A stretch of 50,962 nt of DNA, from the NCBI GenBank assembly GCA_044356215.1, contig JBIKWQ010000014.1, positions 1 through 50,962 of the forward strand, read 5' to 3'. Positions within the stretch are counted from its first letter, which is position 1; the number at the start of each line of letters is the position of its first letter. The notes below the pieces were generated by a model. It saw only the letters and a list, made by a program, of their open reading frames with translations. It searched no databases and was not told the origin of the DNA. The position numbers and the translations under genes were made by a program. Below are positions 17,947 through 27,110 of the stretch, piece after piece. The stretch comes from Bdellovibrionota bacterium. GTDB lineage: Bacteria; Bdellovibrionota_C; UBA2361; OMII01.

Positions 17947-18723
17947 TCACACCACCCTATCCGCCCCACACCCCAGAAACGTCACAGCTTCATGCACAAC
18001 TGCTGTAATCTCCGGCCCCCAGGTACGTGGGTCGTTACGCATCGATGCGATATTCTCTAGCACCAACGATGTCGCGTAAGTCTTTCTAGTCGAGAGTGAC
18101 TCAATACTCACAGTCGATGTCCTCTGATCAAACGAGAATACCGCCGTGTCTAATTTGGCTTGGTTAGCTTGAAGAACGAATGCGTGGCTTAGCGGATCAC
18201 GAATCGATGACACTAACGCTAAAGTTGGCTCTGCGCGTTTAATAAAGCGTTCACTCGCTATCGCTACTCGGGTATAGGTGATAAAGAACGCCCTGAGATC
18301 GGATTCTTCTGACTGCGATAGAGCGCCGATATCACGGCCTTCAAAACGGGCTAGCAGCTCTGTTTTGCATGCGCTCCATAAATTAACACCTCTAAACTCA
18401 ATTCGCGCTAAATCCTCTCTTGGAACTCCTAGGATCCAGCGACTGGCAGTCCTAACATCATCTGGCGTGATCTCACGTGATACGCCACGAGCGGTTAACC
18501 CGCTCCAAGAAATTAACTGCTCTTGTTCACTGATACATCGCGAACATAGAAACGGGCCGCGCTCCTCGCCAACTAATCGGTCGCGACCACAGACTGGGAC
18601 CGCTCCATCGCATAACATCTGGCTAACTTCCGCGCCGTTCTTGGCTAAATAGTTGGCCACTAGATAAAGCAAGCTAGCTTCCTTATGCCCTTCTCCGTAA
18701 GGGGCGTAAACAACTACTTTCAT
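17947..18723 (-). CDS. Hypothetical protein with a Cys cluster (CxxxxxxC...CxxC)
   Basis: Long ORF, third of three overlapping or adjacent co-oriented genes; start placed at MKVVVY. Confidence 0.7.
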   Translation of the reverse strand: MKVVVYAPYGEGHKEASLLYLVANYLAKNGAEVSQMLCDGAVPVCGRDRLVGEERGPFLCSRCISEQEQLISWSGLTARGVSREITPDDVRTASRWILGVPREDLARIEFRGVNLWSACKTELLARFEGRDIGALSQSEESDLRAFFITYTRVAIASERFIKRAEPTLALVSSIRDPLSHAFVLQANQAKLDTAVFSFDQRTSTVSIESLSTRKTYATSLVLENIASMRNDPRTWGPEITAVVHEAVTFLGCGADRVV

Positions 18724-19484
18724 AATGCGCACACCGAAACAGGTCTCTTAGAAACTCGATCTCGTGAGAGGATGTAACACTCAACCTTACTATCTCTGTT
18801 TGGGATTACACCCCAAAACTTCTCCACTACCGCACGCCCCCATAATGTCTCATGAGATTGAGCGCCTTTGCAGAGGCTCTCATCAAGCGCGAATTCGACC
18901 GCCGACTCAGGAGCAACTGTGCCGATATGTAGCGGTGATTCCGCTCCTCTAAGAATATGTCTCAGATCAGGGCGGATTAACTCAGATGTAGAGTTCACTA
19001 TCACAAGCGATGGCACAACAGATTCATCCTCCACCGCTATCCATGACACGATCCCGTTTGACGGTGATACCTCTAAAGTTGGCTCCTCTTCGCTTTTTTC
19101 AGCGTTAACCTTAAACGGTGCCGCGCCGTAAGAGAGCGAAAATTCCGGCGACACCATCTCAATTACAACCCTTGAGTTGCGGAGATCAAGCCTACCCTGA
19201 GGACACTCCAGAGCGACTTCAATGCCGTACATCCCAGAGCCTTCGTTAGCTAAAGATGGAAACGCATCTTCTAACCTTATTCCATCAGGCTGATTTAGAC
19301 GGCCCCCTTCAAGTAGAACCGACCTACGCTCGATGCCTTTGCCAAAGAGGGTCAGATGACACGAAACAGGATAGTGACCAGCGGTGGTTCCTGCGGTTGG
19401 AAAGAAATGCACGCGCGAGCGAATCGCGCTGGTCATTACACAGAACGCCCGGGTTGAGACTGAGTTAGCGATAATTCGATCCAT
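18720..19484 (-). CDS. Hypothetical protein (beta-rich)
   Basis: Long ORF in operon; start uncertain (19484 or 19436). Confidence 0.7.
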   Translation of the reverse strand: MDRIIANSVSTRAFCVMTSAIRSRVHFFPTAGTTAGHYPVSCHLTLFGKGIERRSVLLEGGRLNQPDGIRLEDAFPSLANEGSGMYGIEVALECPQGRLDLRNSRVVIEMVSPEFSLSYGAAPFKVNAEKSEEEPTLEVSPSNGIVSWIAVEDESVVPSLVIVNSTSELIRPDLRHILRGAESPLHIGTVAPESAVEFALDESLCKGAQSHETLWGRAVVEKFWGVIPNRDSKVECYILSRDRVSKRPVSVCAL

Positions 19485-19494
19485 CACTACACCA

Positions 19495-20184
19495 TCACCA
19501 CGCGCAGACATTACGATACAAGATATTACCCTCTGTCTCACCCGGCAATTTTTCGATCATCTGACATACGATCGAAGACTGAGCTCTTGGAGAGATACGA
19601 AGATACCCTTGCGAGATGCCCTTCTGCCAGGACAGGTCATCAAAGGTCGACAACAACTCGTGCTCTAGCGACACAACCCGACAGCCGTAAGGTGGGATCT
19701 GGGTAGTCCACTCAGGTGACCTAGATCCGTAGAGGAGCCGTGTCACGACCTGGCAAACCTCTTCACCTGTATTGAGTAGCACTATTAAGTGCTCCCTCTT
19801 TGCTCCCAGCAAAAGCGGCATAAAAGCCATCTCTCTGTTCTTGATGACTTTTGGCTCAGAGAGAAGATCGACCTGTTTACCCAACTGTAATCTGCAGATC
19901 TGTCGTGTGTTGGCAGGGGTTGTAACAACTAGGTGACCCTGAGTAATACCTCCCTGAGTTTTGAGTCCAGCCATAAAAGGCTCAATCTCAACAATACCCA
20001 CCTCATTCGCTGGGAACTGCACATTAAAGCTCTGCGTCTTTGCGCCATCAACATCAAACAGCTCACAAGCCCCCTCTAGGGCCGCCCCTGAGCTATCCGC
20101 AGTCGCCGAAGAAATTAAAAGGGTCGATGAGAAGAGTGGCGGACCAGCGATCCAAAAATGATTTTTAACTGCGGTGTCAGTCAT
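19495..20184 (-). CDS. Hypothetical protein (beta-rich)
   Basis: 229-aa ORF heading the three-gene operon. Confidence 0.75.
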   Translation of the reverse strand: MTDTAVKNHFWIAGPPLFSSTLLISSATADSSGAALEGACELFDVDGAKTQSFNVQFPANEVGIVEIEPFMAGLKTQGGITQGHLVVTTPANTRQICRLQLGKQVDLLSEPKVIKNREMAFMPLLLGAKREHLIVLLNTGEEVCQVVTRLLYGSRSPEWTTQIPPYGCRVVSLEHELLSTFDDLSWQKGISQGYLRISPRAQSSIVCQMIEKLPGETEGNILYRNVCAW

Positions 20185-20272
20185 CTTTACAAATATCTCT
20201 ACAGCCTCGCTTTCGCGTAGCTAGACTCTACCAGATATCGCGCTACTTTACATCACTTAAACTAAAACTTAA

Positions 20273-20806
20273 CTACCGCAACGAAGCCGCAACTCTCTTC
20301 AAATCAAGCACCTGCGCTGCTGAATACCCGATATTGGAGCTCCAAACTATCCGGCCCTCCTTATCTAAAAGCACCGCATAGGCGCTTTGCGGGCGTTCAT
20401 TCCCTAGCGCCTGAATAATCTTATCGGCATCCTTATAAACAGTGACAACCGAGCCCCAGTCAGATTGGGGGATCCCGCTGCGCATCCCTCCGTCGATAAA
20501 CCCTTGGACCATCTGCGGCACCATCCCGGCGATTGTAGGCACTTCTACTATCTCTGCCTTTATATCAGCCTGAAGCGCCCCAAGAATCCAACGGTCGATG
20601 TCAAACTGGGCCTTCTGGAGATACCCAATTAGTAAAAGCGTGGTCTTTCCGGCGTAGCTTCCGGGTATATTAATCACCTCGCCCTTAAGGCTTGTCCCGA
20701 CTACAGATGGAAAGTTTGAGTTTTGAATATTACTCGGGGCCGCGACTTTAGAGGAGCAGCCAAGCAAAAGGGATATCGACAGAACCGAAGCTAGGATAGT
20801 TTTCAT
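20273..20806 (-). CDS. Lipoprotein with a thioredoxin-like fold, no CxxC
   Basis: Lipobox LLGC; FPSVVG.SL.G and LLDKEGRIVW resemble redoxin-like patterns. Confidence 0.7.
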   Translation of the reverse strand: MKTILASVLSISLLLGCSSKVAAPSNIQNSNFPSVVGTSLKGEVINIPGSYAGKTTLLLIGYLQKAQFDIDRWILGALQADIKAEIVEVPTIAGMVPQMVQGFIDGGMRSGIPQSDWGSVVTVYKDADKIIQALGNERPQSAYAVLLDKEGRIVWSSNIGYSAAQVLDLKRVAASLR

Positions 20807-20899
20807 GAGGCCATACTCTCGCAGGCCAAACGGAATACCGCAAGGGCAGGGCGTTGCAGTATTTTTGTCAAGCTGCTGGGATAATTAGTAGAAAATTTT

Positions 20900-21019
20900 A
20901 CCACAGAGGCCGCAGAGGACACAGAGAATAGCCATTTTATGAGCAATTATGGGGGTTTTCTCTGTGTCCTCTGCGTCCTCTGTGGTGAAAAAGAACTGCG
21001 ACTCCCTACCGCAAGGGAA
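20900..21019. repeat. REP-like family B, copy 2
   Basis: ACCACAGAGG.CGCAGAGGACACAGAGA / TCTCTGTGTCCTCTGCG.CCTCTGTGGT inverted arms. Confidence 0.9.
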
Positions 21020-21029
21020 CGCCACCTCT

Positions 21030-21980
21030 CTAGCGCCCAAGCCCAATCGAAACCCGCGGCTTCTCAGTGATCGCCGGCTGCTCCAATTCACCGAGCACCT
21101 TTGGGCTTCCCGGATTAACCTCTGTCTCAACCGCCTGCTCAGGTGTAGTAGGCAAAAGAGGCTCAGTCTGATGCTTATTCATCATCGATCCGAAACGATT
21201 GGCTCCATCAACCCCCGACTCCTCCATCATCCAACTACGCCTTACAGCGTCGAATGGATTACTCTCGGCGTATCCCAGATGCTTAACAGGGATCCGCTCT
21301 AAAGAGCCAGGCATACTTCCTCCGCGAATTAACTTAGCTAACTCACGGGTCTTGGTCATCTCAACCGATCCGGCAGAAAGGACCAGAGAAGTTGATGGCT
21401 CAATTAATCTAGCGTTTACATAAACTCTTTCAGGAGAGACGACGTAAGTTCCGACAACCACCGCGGCAAGATTCCGGTGACCACGCACCGCTCTCACATC
21501 GCGCGAGAGCGCGAACTCTCCAGAGGTGTCGAGAAATTGCAGAGCATCAGCGTGCCTTAGCTCAACTACATCAAACCCTTTCATAGCCAACTCACTCATA
21601 AGCTGCTCGCCTACCATGCGGCCAAAAGTTGAGCTTGCATAAAGGTCGTCTATGTTCACAAATGTAGTTACCCCGATCGGGCCCGGCGCCGCGCTGCGGT
21701 AGTATCGATCTATCTGAGCCGCCAAGAGCGCAGTCTTAAACCTTCCCGGGCCGTAATTGTCGTATTCCTTATTGGGGATCGGCCAATATTCAGGCATATC
21801 GTGATAGCGCGGGCTACAGCCTGCCAAGAGGACTCCACCTGCAAGCACAGTTATTCCTAGCGAATGGCACGCTCTTTGAACCGTATGCTTGAACGATTTA
21901 GTGAATGTACACGCCTTAAAGCTGGATATAAGCTGGCGGTAAATAGAATCCCAGGGAGTAATCATAGTAACCTCATGCAA
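21030..21980 (-). CDS. FlgO-family outer-membrane lipoprotein
   Basis: Lipobox LLAGC; VTTFVNIDDL..SSTFGR..EQLMSEL..GF.VVELR, GEFALSR, VVVGTY, VNARLI. Confidence 0.8.
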   Translation of the reverse strand: MHEVTMITPWDSIYRQLISSFKACTFTKSFKHTVQRACHSLGITVLAGGVLLAGCSPRYHDMPEYWPIPNKEYDNYGPGRFKTALLAAQIDRYYRSAAPGPIGVTTFVNIDDLYASSTFGRMVGEQLMSELAMKGFDVVELRHADALQFLDTSGEFALSRDVRAVRGHRNLAAVVVGTYVVSPERVYVNARLIEPSTSLVLSAGSVEMTKTRELAKLIRGGSMPGSLERIPVKHLGYAESNPFDAVRRSWMMEESGVDGANRFGSMMNKHQTEPLLPTTPEQAVETEVNPGSPKVLGELEQPAITEKPRVSIGLGR

Positions 21981-22013
21981 TTAGCTAGCTACCCGAGATC
22001 TTCAACGCTCTTA

Positions 22014-22664
22014 ATGAACGCTATCCGTAGCGTCATTTTTTTGACATGCACAGTCAGCATGACTAGCTGCGCCTATCTCGGTAATCACGTTGGAGAGTGG
22101 TGCAATACTCGGGCCTACGTAAGAACCGACATCCCGGCCTATATAGATCAACGATTTACCCCTAAAAGCCCGGTCCGTGTTGGAATCATCCCGTTTGATG
22201 TTCCGGCAAATCTTTCCACAAGAAGCGCTCAGATGCCGGGGCTTGGTAATCAATTAGCTTGGGCGGTTCACCGTGATCTCTTAGCTAGCGAGGTGTTTCC
22301 AATTATAGAGGTGTTTAACCGAGAGGACTGGCCACGCAAGAAAGAGCAGTTCTTCACCGGGAATTTTGGAGCACTCCAATTCGCCAAAGACGCGGGGTAC
22401 GACATGATCGTTGTCGGATATCTTGAGCCGATAACGAGGCTTGATACCTGGATAGTACACACCAAGATTATCGAGGTCGATTCAGGAACAACGATCTGGT
22501 ACGGCAGCTCAAAAGTGTATACGAACAGATCAGATATGCTCGAGACAAGCAGCTTTGTAGGTCTAACAGACCGCCGACCTGATATCTATTGGAATGATAA
22601 GCTTCTTGGTACCGTGTCTGAGTGTATCGCGCGGGATATGCTAAATGATCCGGAGGAGCCGTAG
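22014..22664 (+). CDS. Lipoprotein, probable CsgG/FlgO/TolB-N-like fold
   Basis: MTSC lipobox-like; RVGIIPF, AKDAGYDMIVVG, KIIEVDSGTTIW. Confidence 0.7.
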   Translation: MNAIRSVIFLTCTVSMTSCAYLGNHVGEWCNTRAYVRTDIPAYIDQRFTPKSPVRVGIIPFDVPANLSTRSAQMPGLGNQLAWAVHRDLLASEVFPIIEVFNREDWPRKKEQFFTGNFGALQFAKDAGYDMIVVGYLEPITRLDTWIVHTKIIEVDSGTTIWYGSSKVYTNRSDMLETSSFVGLTDRRPDIYWNDKLLGTVSECIARDMLNDPEEP

Positions 22665-22672
22665 GGAGGGCC

Positions 22673-23140
22673 TTACAACCCCTTCAAAACCCCCAGCACC
22701 TCCTCAGCATGACCATCTGGCTTAACATCTTCGAAGACATGAGCGATCTTCCCTGATTTATCGACGATGAAGGTGGTTCTGAATATTCCCTTATACACGC
22801 GTCCCATAAATTTCTTATCACCAAAAACTCCGTATGCCTTCGCGACTGAAAAATCGGTGTCCGAGACAAGCGCTACCTTTAAGTCGTATTTAGCGCAGAA
22901 TTTATCCTTGGTTTTTTGGTCGCCACCTGAGATCCCGATAACCTTAGCTTTGCGGCGCGTGAAATCTTTTAATGATGCTGAGAATCCTTGCGCCTCCAAA
23001 GTACACCCAGGGGTATTGTCCTTTGGGTAGAAGAAAAGGACTAGGTAATCACTCTTATCGAGGCCAACCCCGTGCTCCTCGCCATCTTTATCTATCAGTT
23101 TAAACTTTGGCGCTTTGTCTCCTACTTTTAACTTGCTCAT
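22673..23140 (-). CDS. bcp: Peroxiredoxin (Bcp/PrxQ)
   Basis: FYPKDNTPGCTLEA, GI.RTTFIVD. Confidence 0.93.
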   Translation of the reverse strand: MSKLKVGDKAPKFKLIDKDGEEHGVGLDKSDYLVLFFYPKDNTPGCTLEAQGFSASLKDFTRRKAKVIGISGGDQKTKDKFCAKYDLKVALVSDTDFSVAKAYGVFGDKKFMGRVYKGIFRTTFIVDKSGKIAHVFEDVKPDGHAEEVLGVLKGL

Positions 23141-23217
23141 GATTCCCCTTTTCTTTGACCGCTACCAGGAGTTTACCTATTTCCTCCAAAAGATCTATCA
23201 GGTATCTCTCTATAAGC

Positions 23218-24180
23218 ATGGAAATCACCCCGCCCCTTGATTGTATCCCCGCGCTCCCAGCACTAGCTCCGTGTGAGCATATCGCTGGTAATGAGAAATT
23301 TATCATCAAAGGATTCGCACTGCAGGAGCGGCACATATCCGACAACGGCCGATCTCTGGTTGATCTCACCCTAGACTTGGAAGATGGGGCTCCGGTAGGC
23401 AACGAGGAGCCGTTAAGAAAGCTCTGCGCACAACTGCTAAACAGTCCTGAGAACACCAAGAAACAAGCCGGCATCAGAATACATCCAACTGATTCGCCTC
23501 ACTGCGTAAGAGACCTGGAGGTGGTCCTCTCTGAGGCTGGACAAAATGTGAGCTATGTTACCATCCCTAAAGTCAGAGGCCCACGTGAAGTGCTCTGGTG
23601 TATCGGGTTGATTAAGCATTTCACCCGACGAGTAAAACTAACATCGCCTATCGCTGTTCATCTCCTTATTGAAACATCAGAGGCGCTAACCAACCTAGAT
23701 CAGTTGGCGGCTATCCCTGAGGTCGCCACGTTAGACTTTGGACTGATGGATTTTATAAGCCAACTGGGGGGCGCAGTCTCCTCTGATTGCATGAAAAGCC
23801 CCGGGCAATTCTCTAATCAGATTATTAGACAGACCAAAACAGCGATCTCTTTAGCTGCACTTAGATACAACAAGATCCCATCGCACAACGTGACCGTAGA
23901 TTTCCGAGATCCCAACATCGCACTATCTGATGCCAGACAAGCCCGCGGGGAATTCGGGTTTATGCGGATGTGGAGTATTCATCCAAATCAGATTGAGCCG
24001 ATTATTCAGGGGATGACCCCTACAAAAGATGAGATCTCCGAGGCTCGTGAGATCCTGAGCAAGGCCGCGGTCGCTAAATGGGGGCCAATAGAACACGGCG
24101 GACGGCTACACGATCGGGCCTCGTATCGCTATTATTGGGGGATCCTTAGATCTATTGGCCTTTTCTCTCTATCAAGCTAA
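23218..24180 (+). CDS. HpcH/HpaI aldolase / citrate lyase beta (CitE-like) protein
   Basis: CEHIAG, LDLEDGA, IPKV, LIET, DFGLMDF, WSIHP.QI, DRASYRY. Confidence 0.88.
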   Translation: MEITPPLDCIPALPALAPCEHIAGNEKFIIKGFALQERHISDNGRSLVDLTLDLEDGAPVGNEEPLRKLCAQLLNSPENTKKQAGIRIHPTDSPHCVRDLEVVLSEAGQNVSYVTIPKVRGPREVLWCIGLIKHFTRRVKLTSPIAVHLLIETSEALTNLDQLAAIPEVATLDFGLMDFISQLGGAVSSDCMKSPGQFSNQIIRQTKTAISLAALRYNKIPSHNVTVDFRDPNIALSDARQARGEFGFMRMWSIHPNQIEPIIQGMTPTKDEISEAREILSKAAVAKWGPIEHGGRLHDRASYRYYWGILRSIGLFSLSS

Positions 24181-24198
24181 TCTCCCCCTAGTCACAAG

Positions 24199-25230
24199 AT
24201 GAAGCGCTTAATACTTAAAAAAATACTCCCCTGGCTTATTACGTTCGGAGCCCTCTATCTAGCTTTTAGAGGGGTAGAATGGGATCTGCTGATCGGTCAC
24301 ATTAGCAATGCAAAGCCGCTCTACATACTGGTCGCGGTCGCTCTAACAGTGGCGTCTTATTGGCTGCGCGCGCTTCGTTGGCCACTCTTATTTCCGAAGG
24401 TATCACTTCCACTCTTGTCTTCGTGGAAGGTTTTAGTCCTCGGATTTTTCATGAATAACATCCTTCCAGCTCGCGCTGGAGAGTTGGTGCGTGCTCACCT
24501 AGGAGCTAAGGTGTTGGGCGTTGCTAGAACCTTAGTATTGGCGACTATAGCCAGCGAGAGACTTGCTGACGGCCTAACAATCAGCTTGTTCTTCGTTCTA
24601 ATCGTCGGATTTATCGGTCGAGGGAGCCTCGATCCAGAGATCTCCCAGAATCTACTTTACGTTGCGTATCTCTTCGCGGCGGTAGCGATTGGAGTGATTG
24701 CTGTGCTTCTGTGCCGCGATCTAATCATAAAAAATCTTGAGCGAGTCGCTTCCAGGATAGGGAAAAGCTCATCTTCATACGCGCTATCCAGAGTTCAGAT
24801 CTTTATTGATGGGCTTAGCCCGCTTAGCAAACCCAAACGCGCGGTTAAGATCGCCGTCTGGTCGTTTGTCATTTGGGGCGTTGAACTCGTTGCTTTCGCG
24901 GCCATTTCCAAGGCTTTCGGTGGTCAGATATTTCTCTCTGGAACTGTTCTATTTTTAGTCGCAGTTAATTTTAGCTCGCTAATACCAGCGGCTCCAGGTG
25001 GTTTCGGTGTGATTGAGCTGATTGCTAAGAGCGTCTTGGTATCTGCCGGTGTCGCGACCCCGGAGTTGGCTCTCAGTATGGTTCTTACTCAGCATATAAT
25101 TCAGTACGCGGTAATCGGAATTCCAGGGGCGTTCCTGCTATCTACTTTAAGAACTCAGTTAGCTGATATGTCAGATTCTGCGAAGCAGGAGCCTGTATCC
25201 GAAGCGTCGATCTCCGCTTCAATTTCTTAG
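24199..25230 (+). CDS. Lysylphosphatidylglycerol synthase TM / UPF0104 flippase-like protein
   Basis: RALRW, NNILPARAGE, ERLAD, PAAPGGFG. Confidence 0.88.
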   Translation: MKRLILKKILPWLITFGALYLAFRGVEWDLLIGHISNAKPLYILVAVALTVASYWLRALRWPLLFPKVSLPLLSSWKVLVLGFFMNNILPARAGELVRAHLGAKVLGVARTLVLATIASERLADGLTISLFFVLIVGFIGRGSLDPEISQNLLYVAYLFAAVAIGVIAVLLCRDLIIKNLERVASRIGKSSSSYALSRVQIFIDGLSPLSKPKRAVKIAVWSFVIWGVELVAFAAISKAFGGQIFLSGTVLFLVAVNFSSLIPAAPGGFGVIELIAKSVLVSAGVATPELALSMVLTQHIIQYAVIGIPGAFLLSTLRTQLADMSDSAKQEPVSEASISASIS

Positions 25231-25926
25231 CTTCAGGATCTCAGCCCCATTAAGATATGCCTCTCGATCCGAAGCTTTAACGCTTCTTAATTGATCGATC
25301 ATTCCTGACATGCGCTGGGCATCACTCTTAATCGCGGCGACGGCGCCAACAAATTTGGGATCACTCTTCGGTAGCTGTTCAACTAGGAAGCAATTTAGCA
25401 AGATCGCTGAAAGTGGCTGCCCAAGCTGATGCGCCGCCGTTCCAGCTAGTTGTCCTACCGCGATCTGACGCTCCTGCTCTACTAACCTATCTTGCGCCCG
25501 TCGCAGCTCCTCATTAGCTACTCTAAGGTCGTGATGAAGGTCGCGAATCCGGAGCAAGGCGCTGACTCGCGCTTGAAGCTCCTCGTAATTAAACGGCTTA
25601 GTGATGTAATCATCAACACCCTCGGATAAAGCTGTAACCTTGTCCCTTACCGTGTCTCGTTCTGTTAACATCAAAACGGGTAAGAAATCTCCGACGTGCC
25701 GACTTTTAATCGACTTGCAGATCTCAAAACCGCCAAGGTCGGGCATTCCGTAGTCCAGCACCACTAGATCGAAATTTCCCCGCTCAGACTCCTCAATTGC
25801 CTCGCGACCACTCTGCACTAACACCGGGCTGTGACCCAAAACAGAGATTACACTCGCTACGATGATCCGCGATTCCGGATCGACGTCTACGATCAATATG
25901 CGTCTTTTGCGGGGCTCGGCGCTCAT
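25219..25926 (-). CDS. Response regulator: receiver, coiled coil and HisKA-like H-box, no ATPase domain
   Basis: LDYGMP, DDYITKPF, AAHQLGQPL; the protein ends about 55 aa after the His. Confidence 0.85.
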   Translation of the reverse strand: MSAEPRKRRILIVDVDPESRIIVASVISVLGHSPVLVQSGREAIEESERGNFDLVVLDYGMPDLGGFEICKSIKSRHVGDFLPVLMLTERDTVRDKVTALSEGVDDYITKPFNYEELQARVSALLRIRDLHHDLRVANEELRRAQDRLVEQERQIAVGQLAGTAAHQLGQPLSAILLNCFLVEQLPKSDPKFVGAVAAIKSDAQRMSGMIDQLRSVKASDREAYLNGAEILKLRN

Positions 25927-26010
25927 AATATCCTACGAAAGGGGGCCAAATATGTTCTGGCCCAGCTTCGTTAAGATGCCTTAGCTCTAAAAAAGGATGG
26001 TCAGCCGAGT

Positions 26011-26331
26011 CTAGCAGCTCCTAATCGTGACCTCAGAGAGTATCTCGTCGCGTAAAACAGGGTCTGTTTCCAGCAGCTCTGCGAGGAAAGCTTTCATATC
26101 AGCTTGCTCGGCAGGATCATCCTCCAAGCGACCTACAACCTGCGAGAGCAGAACCTCAATCGCCTGGTCCTCTGAATTAAAAACCTGGCACTGTACTGCA
26201 CTTTCTGGACGCTGAGCCGGAGCTGCCTGCGCGCCTCTTTCTGCGGATCTAGCTGGAGAGTTAGTAAGACGCCCCTTATACTTGACTCCTGGCTTCTCTA
26301 ACGCCTTCAAATTCGTCTTGCTCTTAACCAT
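26011..26331 (-). CDS. Hypothetical protein at the end of the T3SS-like operon
   Basis: GGAGAGGAG RBS; basic N-terminus and acidic helical C-terminus. Confidence 0.75.
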   Translation of the reverse strand: MVKSKTNLKALEKPGVKYKGRLTNSPARSAERGAQAAPAQRPESAVQCQVFNSEDQAIEVLLSQVVGRLEDDPAEQADMKAFLAELLETDPVLRDEILSEVTIRSC

Positions 26332-26409
26332 TTTGCTCTCCTCTCCAACCGATACCCACAGAATTTACCACAGATTGAACTACTAAACCCAAAAAAATGC
26401 CGCTCTCGC

Positions 26410-27054
26410 CTAATATTTTAGACCTCCGACTTTTGCATCTTGGTTTGAGCCAAAACCGGCTTTGGAAGCCACAGGCTGAACACTCCCCCCTCTTTCATCC
26501 ACGGAACCAAGCCCCATCAAGTTGCCTCTTACCACTGGGTGCTTAGCTATTAAAATCGCTTTCTCTAATTCGTGAATCACCTCTATTTTAGGCCGACCCA
26601 GATCATACTCAAGTGCCACCCGATTATTTCTTAACGATGCGTTATCTGGCAGCGCCTCCAACGCCTCATTATAAAGCTTCTTAGCGAGCTCCCGATTGCC
26701 GATAATATCCTGTAATAACGCAAGGTTAGCCAGAGCTTGATCGTAAGTACGGTCCATCTCATAGGCGCGGTTAAAAAGCTCTTCTGCCCTTTGAAACTCC
26801 CCCTGCAGCAACGCCACGCACCCCTGACCGTCAATAGCGGCTGCCAACCCCGCTAGCTCTTCTGCCGTTGAAAATGACGCCCTGGCCTGGTCGAATTTAC
26901 CCCCTCGAATCTGCGAGGTGCCAAGGTCAACCAGCCGCTGGGCCTCTTTATACCTAGCCACGGGGATATCGGCGGACCTAAAACACCCCGTAAGCACCTG
27001 AATGCACAGACTTAACCCTATAAATACGATGAACTTTGCCATAGTATTCCTCAT
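26410..27054 (-). CDS. TPR lipoprotein (pilotin/TadD-like)
   Basis: Lipobox VLTGC; TPR patterns (ALANLALL...A...Y..AL...PDN...NN). Confidence 0.8.
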   Translation of the reverse strand: MRNTMAKFIVFIGLSLCIQVLTGCFRSADIPVARYKEAQRLVDLGTSQIRGGKFDQARASFSTAEELAGLAAAIDGQGCVALLQGEFQRAEELFNRAYEMDRTYDQALANLALLQDIIGNRELAKKLYNEALEALPDNASLRNNRVALEYDLGRPKIEVIHELEKAILIAKHPVVRGNLMGLGSVDERGGSVQPVASKAGFGSNQDAKVGGLKY

Positions 27055-27110
27055 GCTAAATAACTACTCTTTAGGTTATCGAGACCTCGAGTTACAAAGT
27101 TGCTTAGTCG

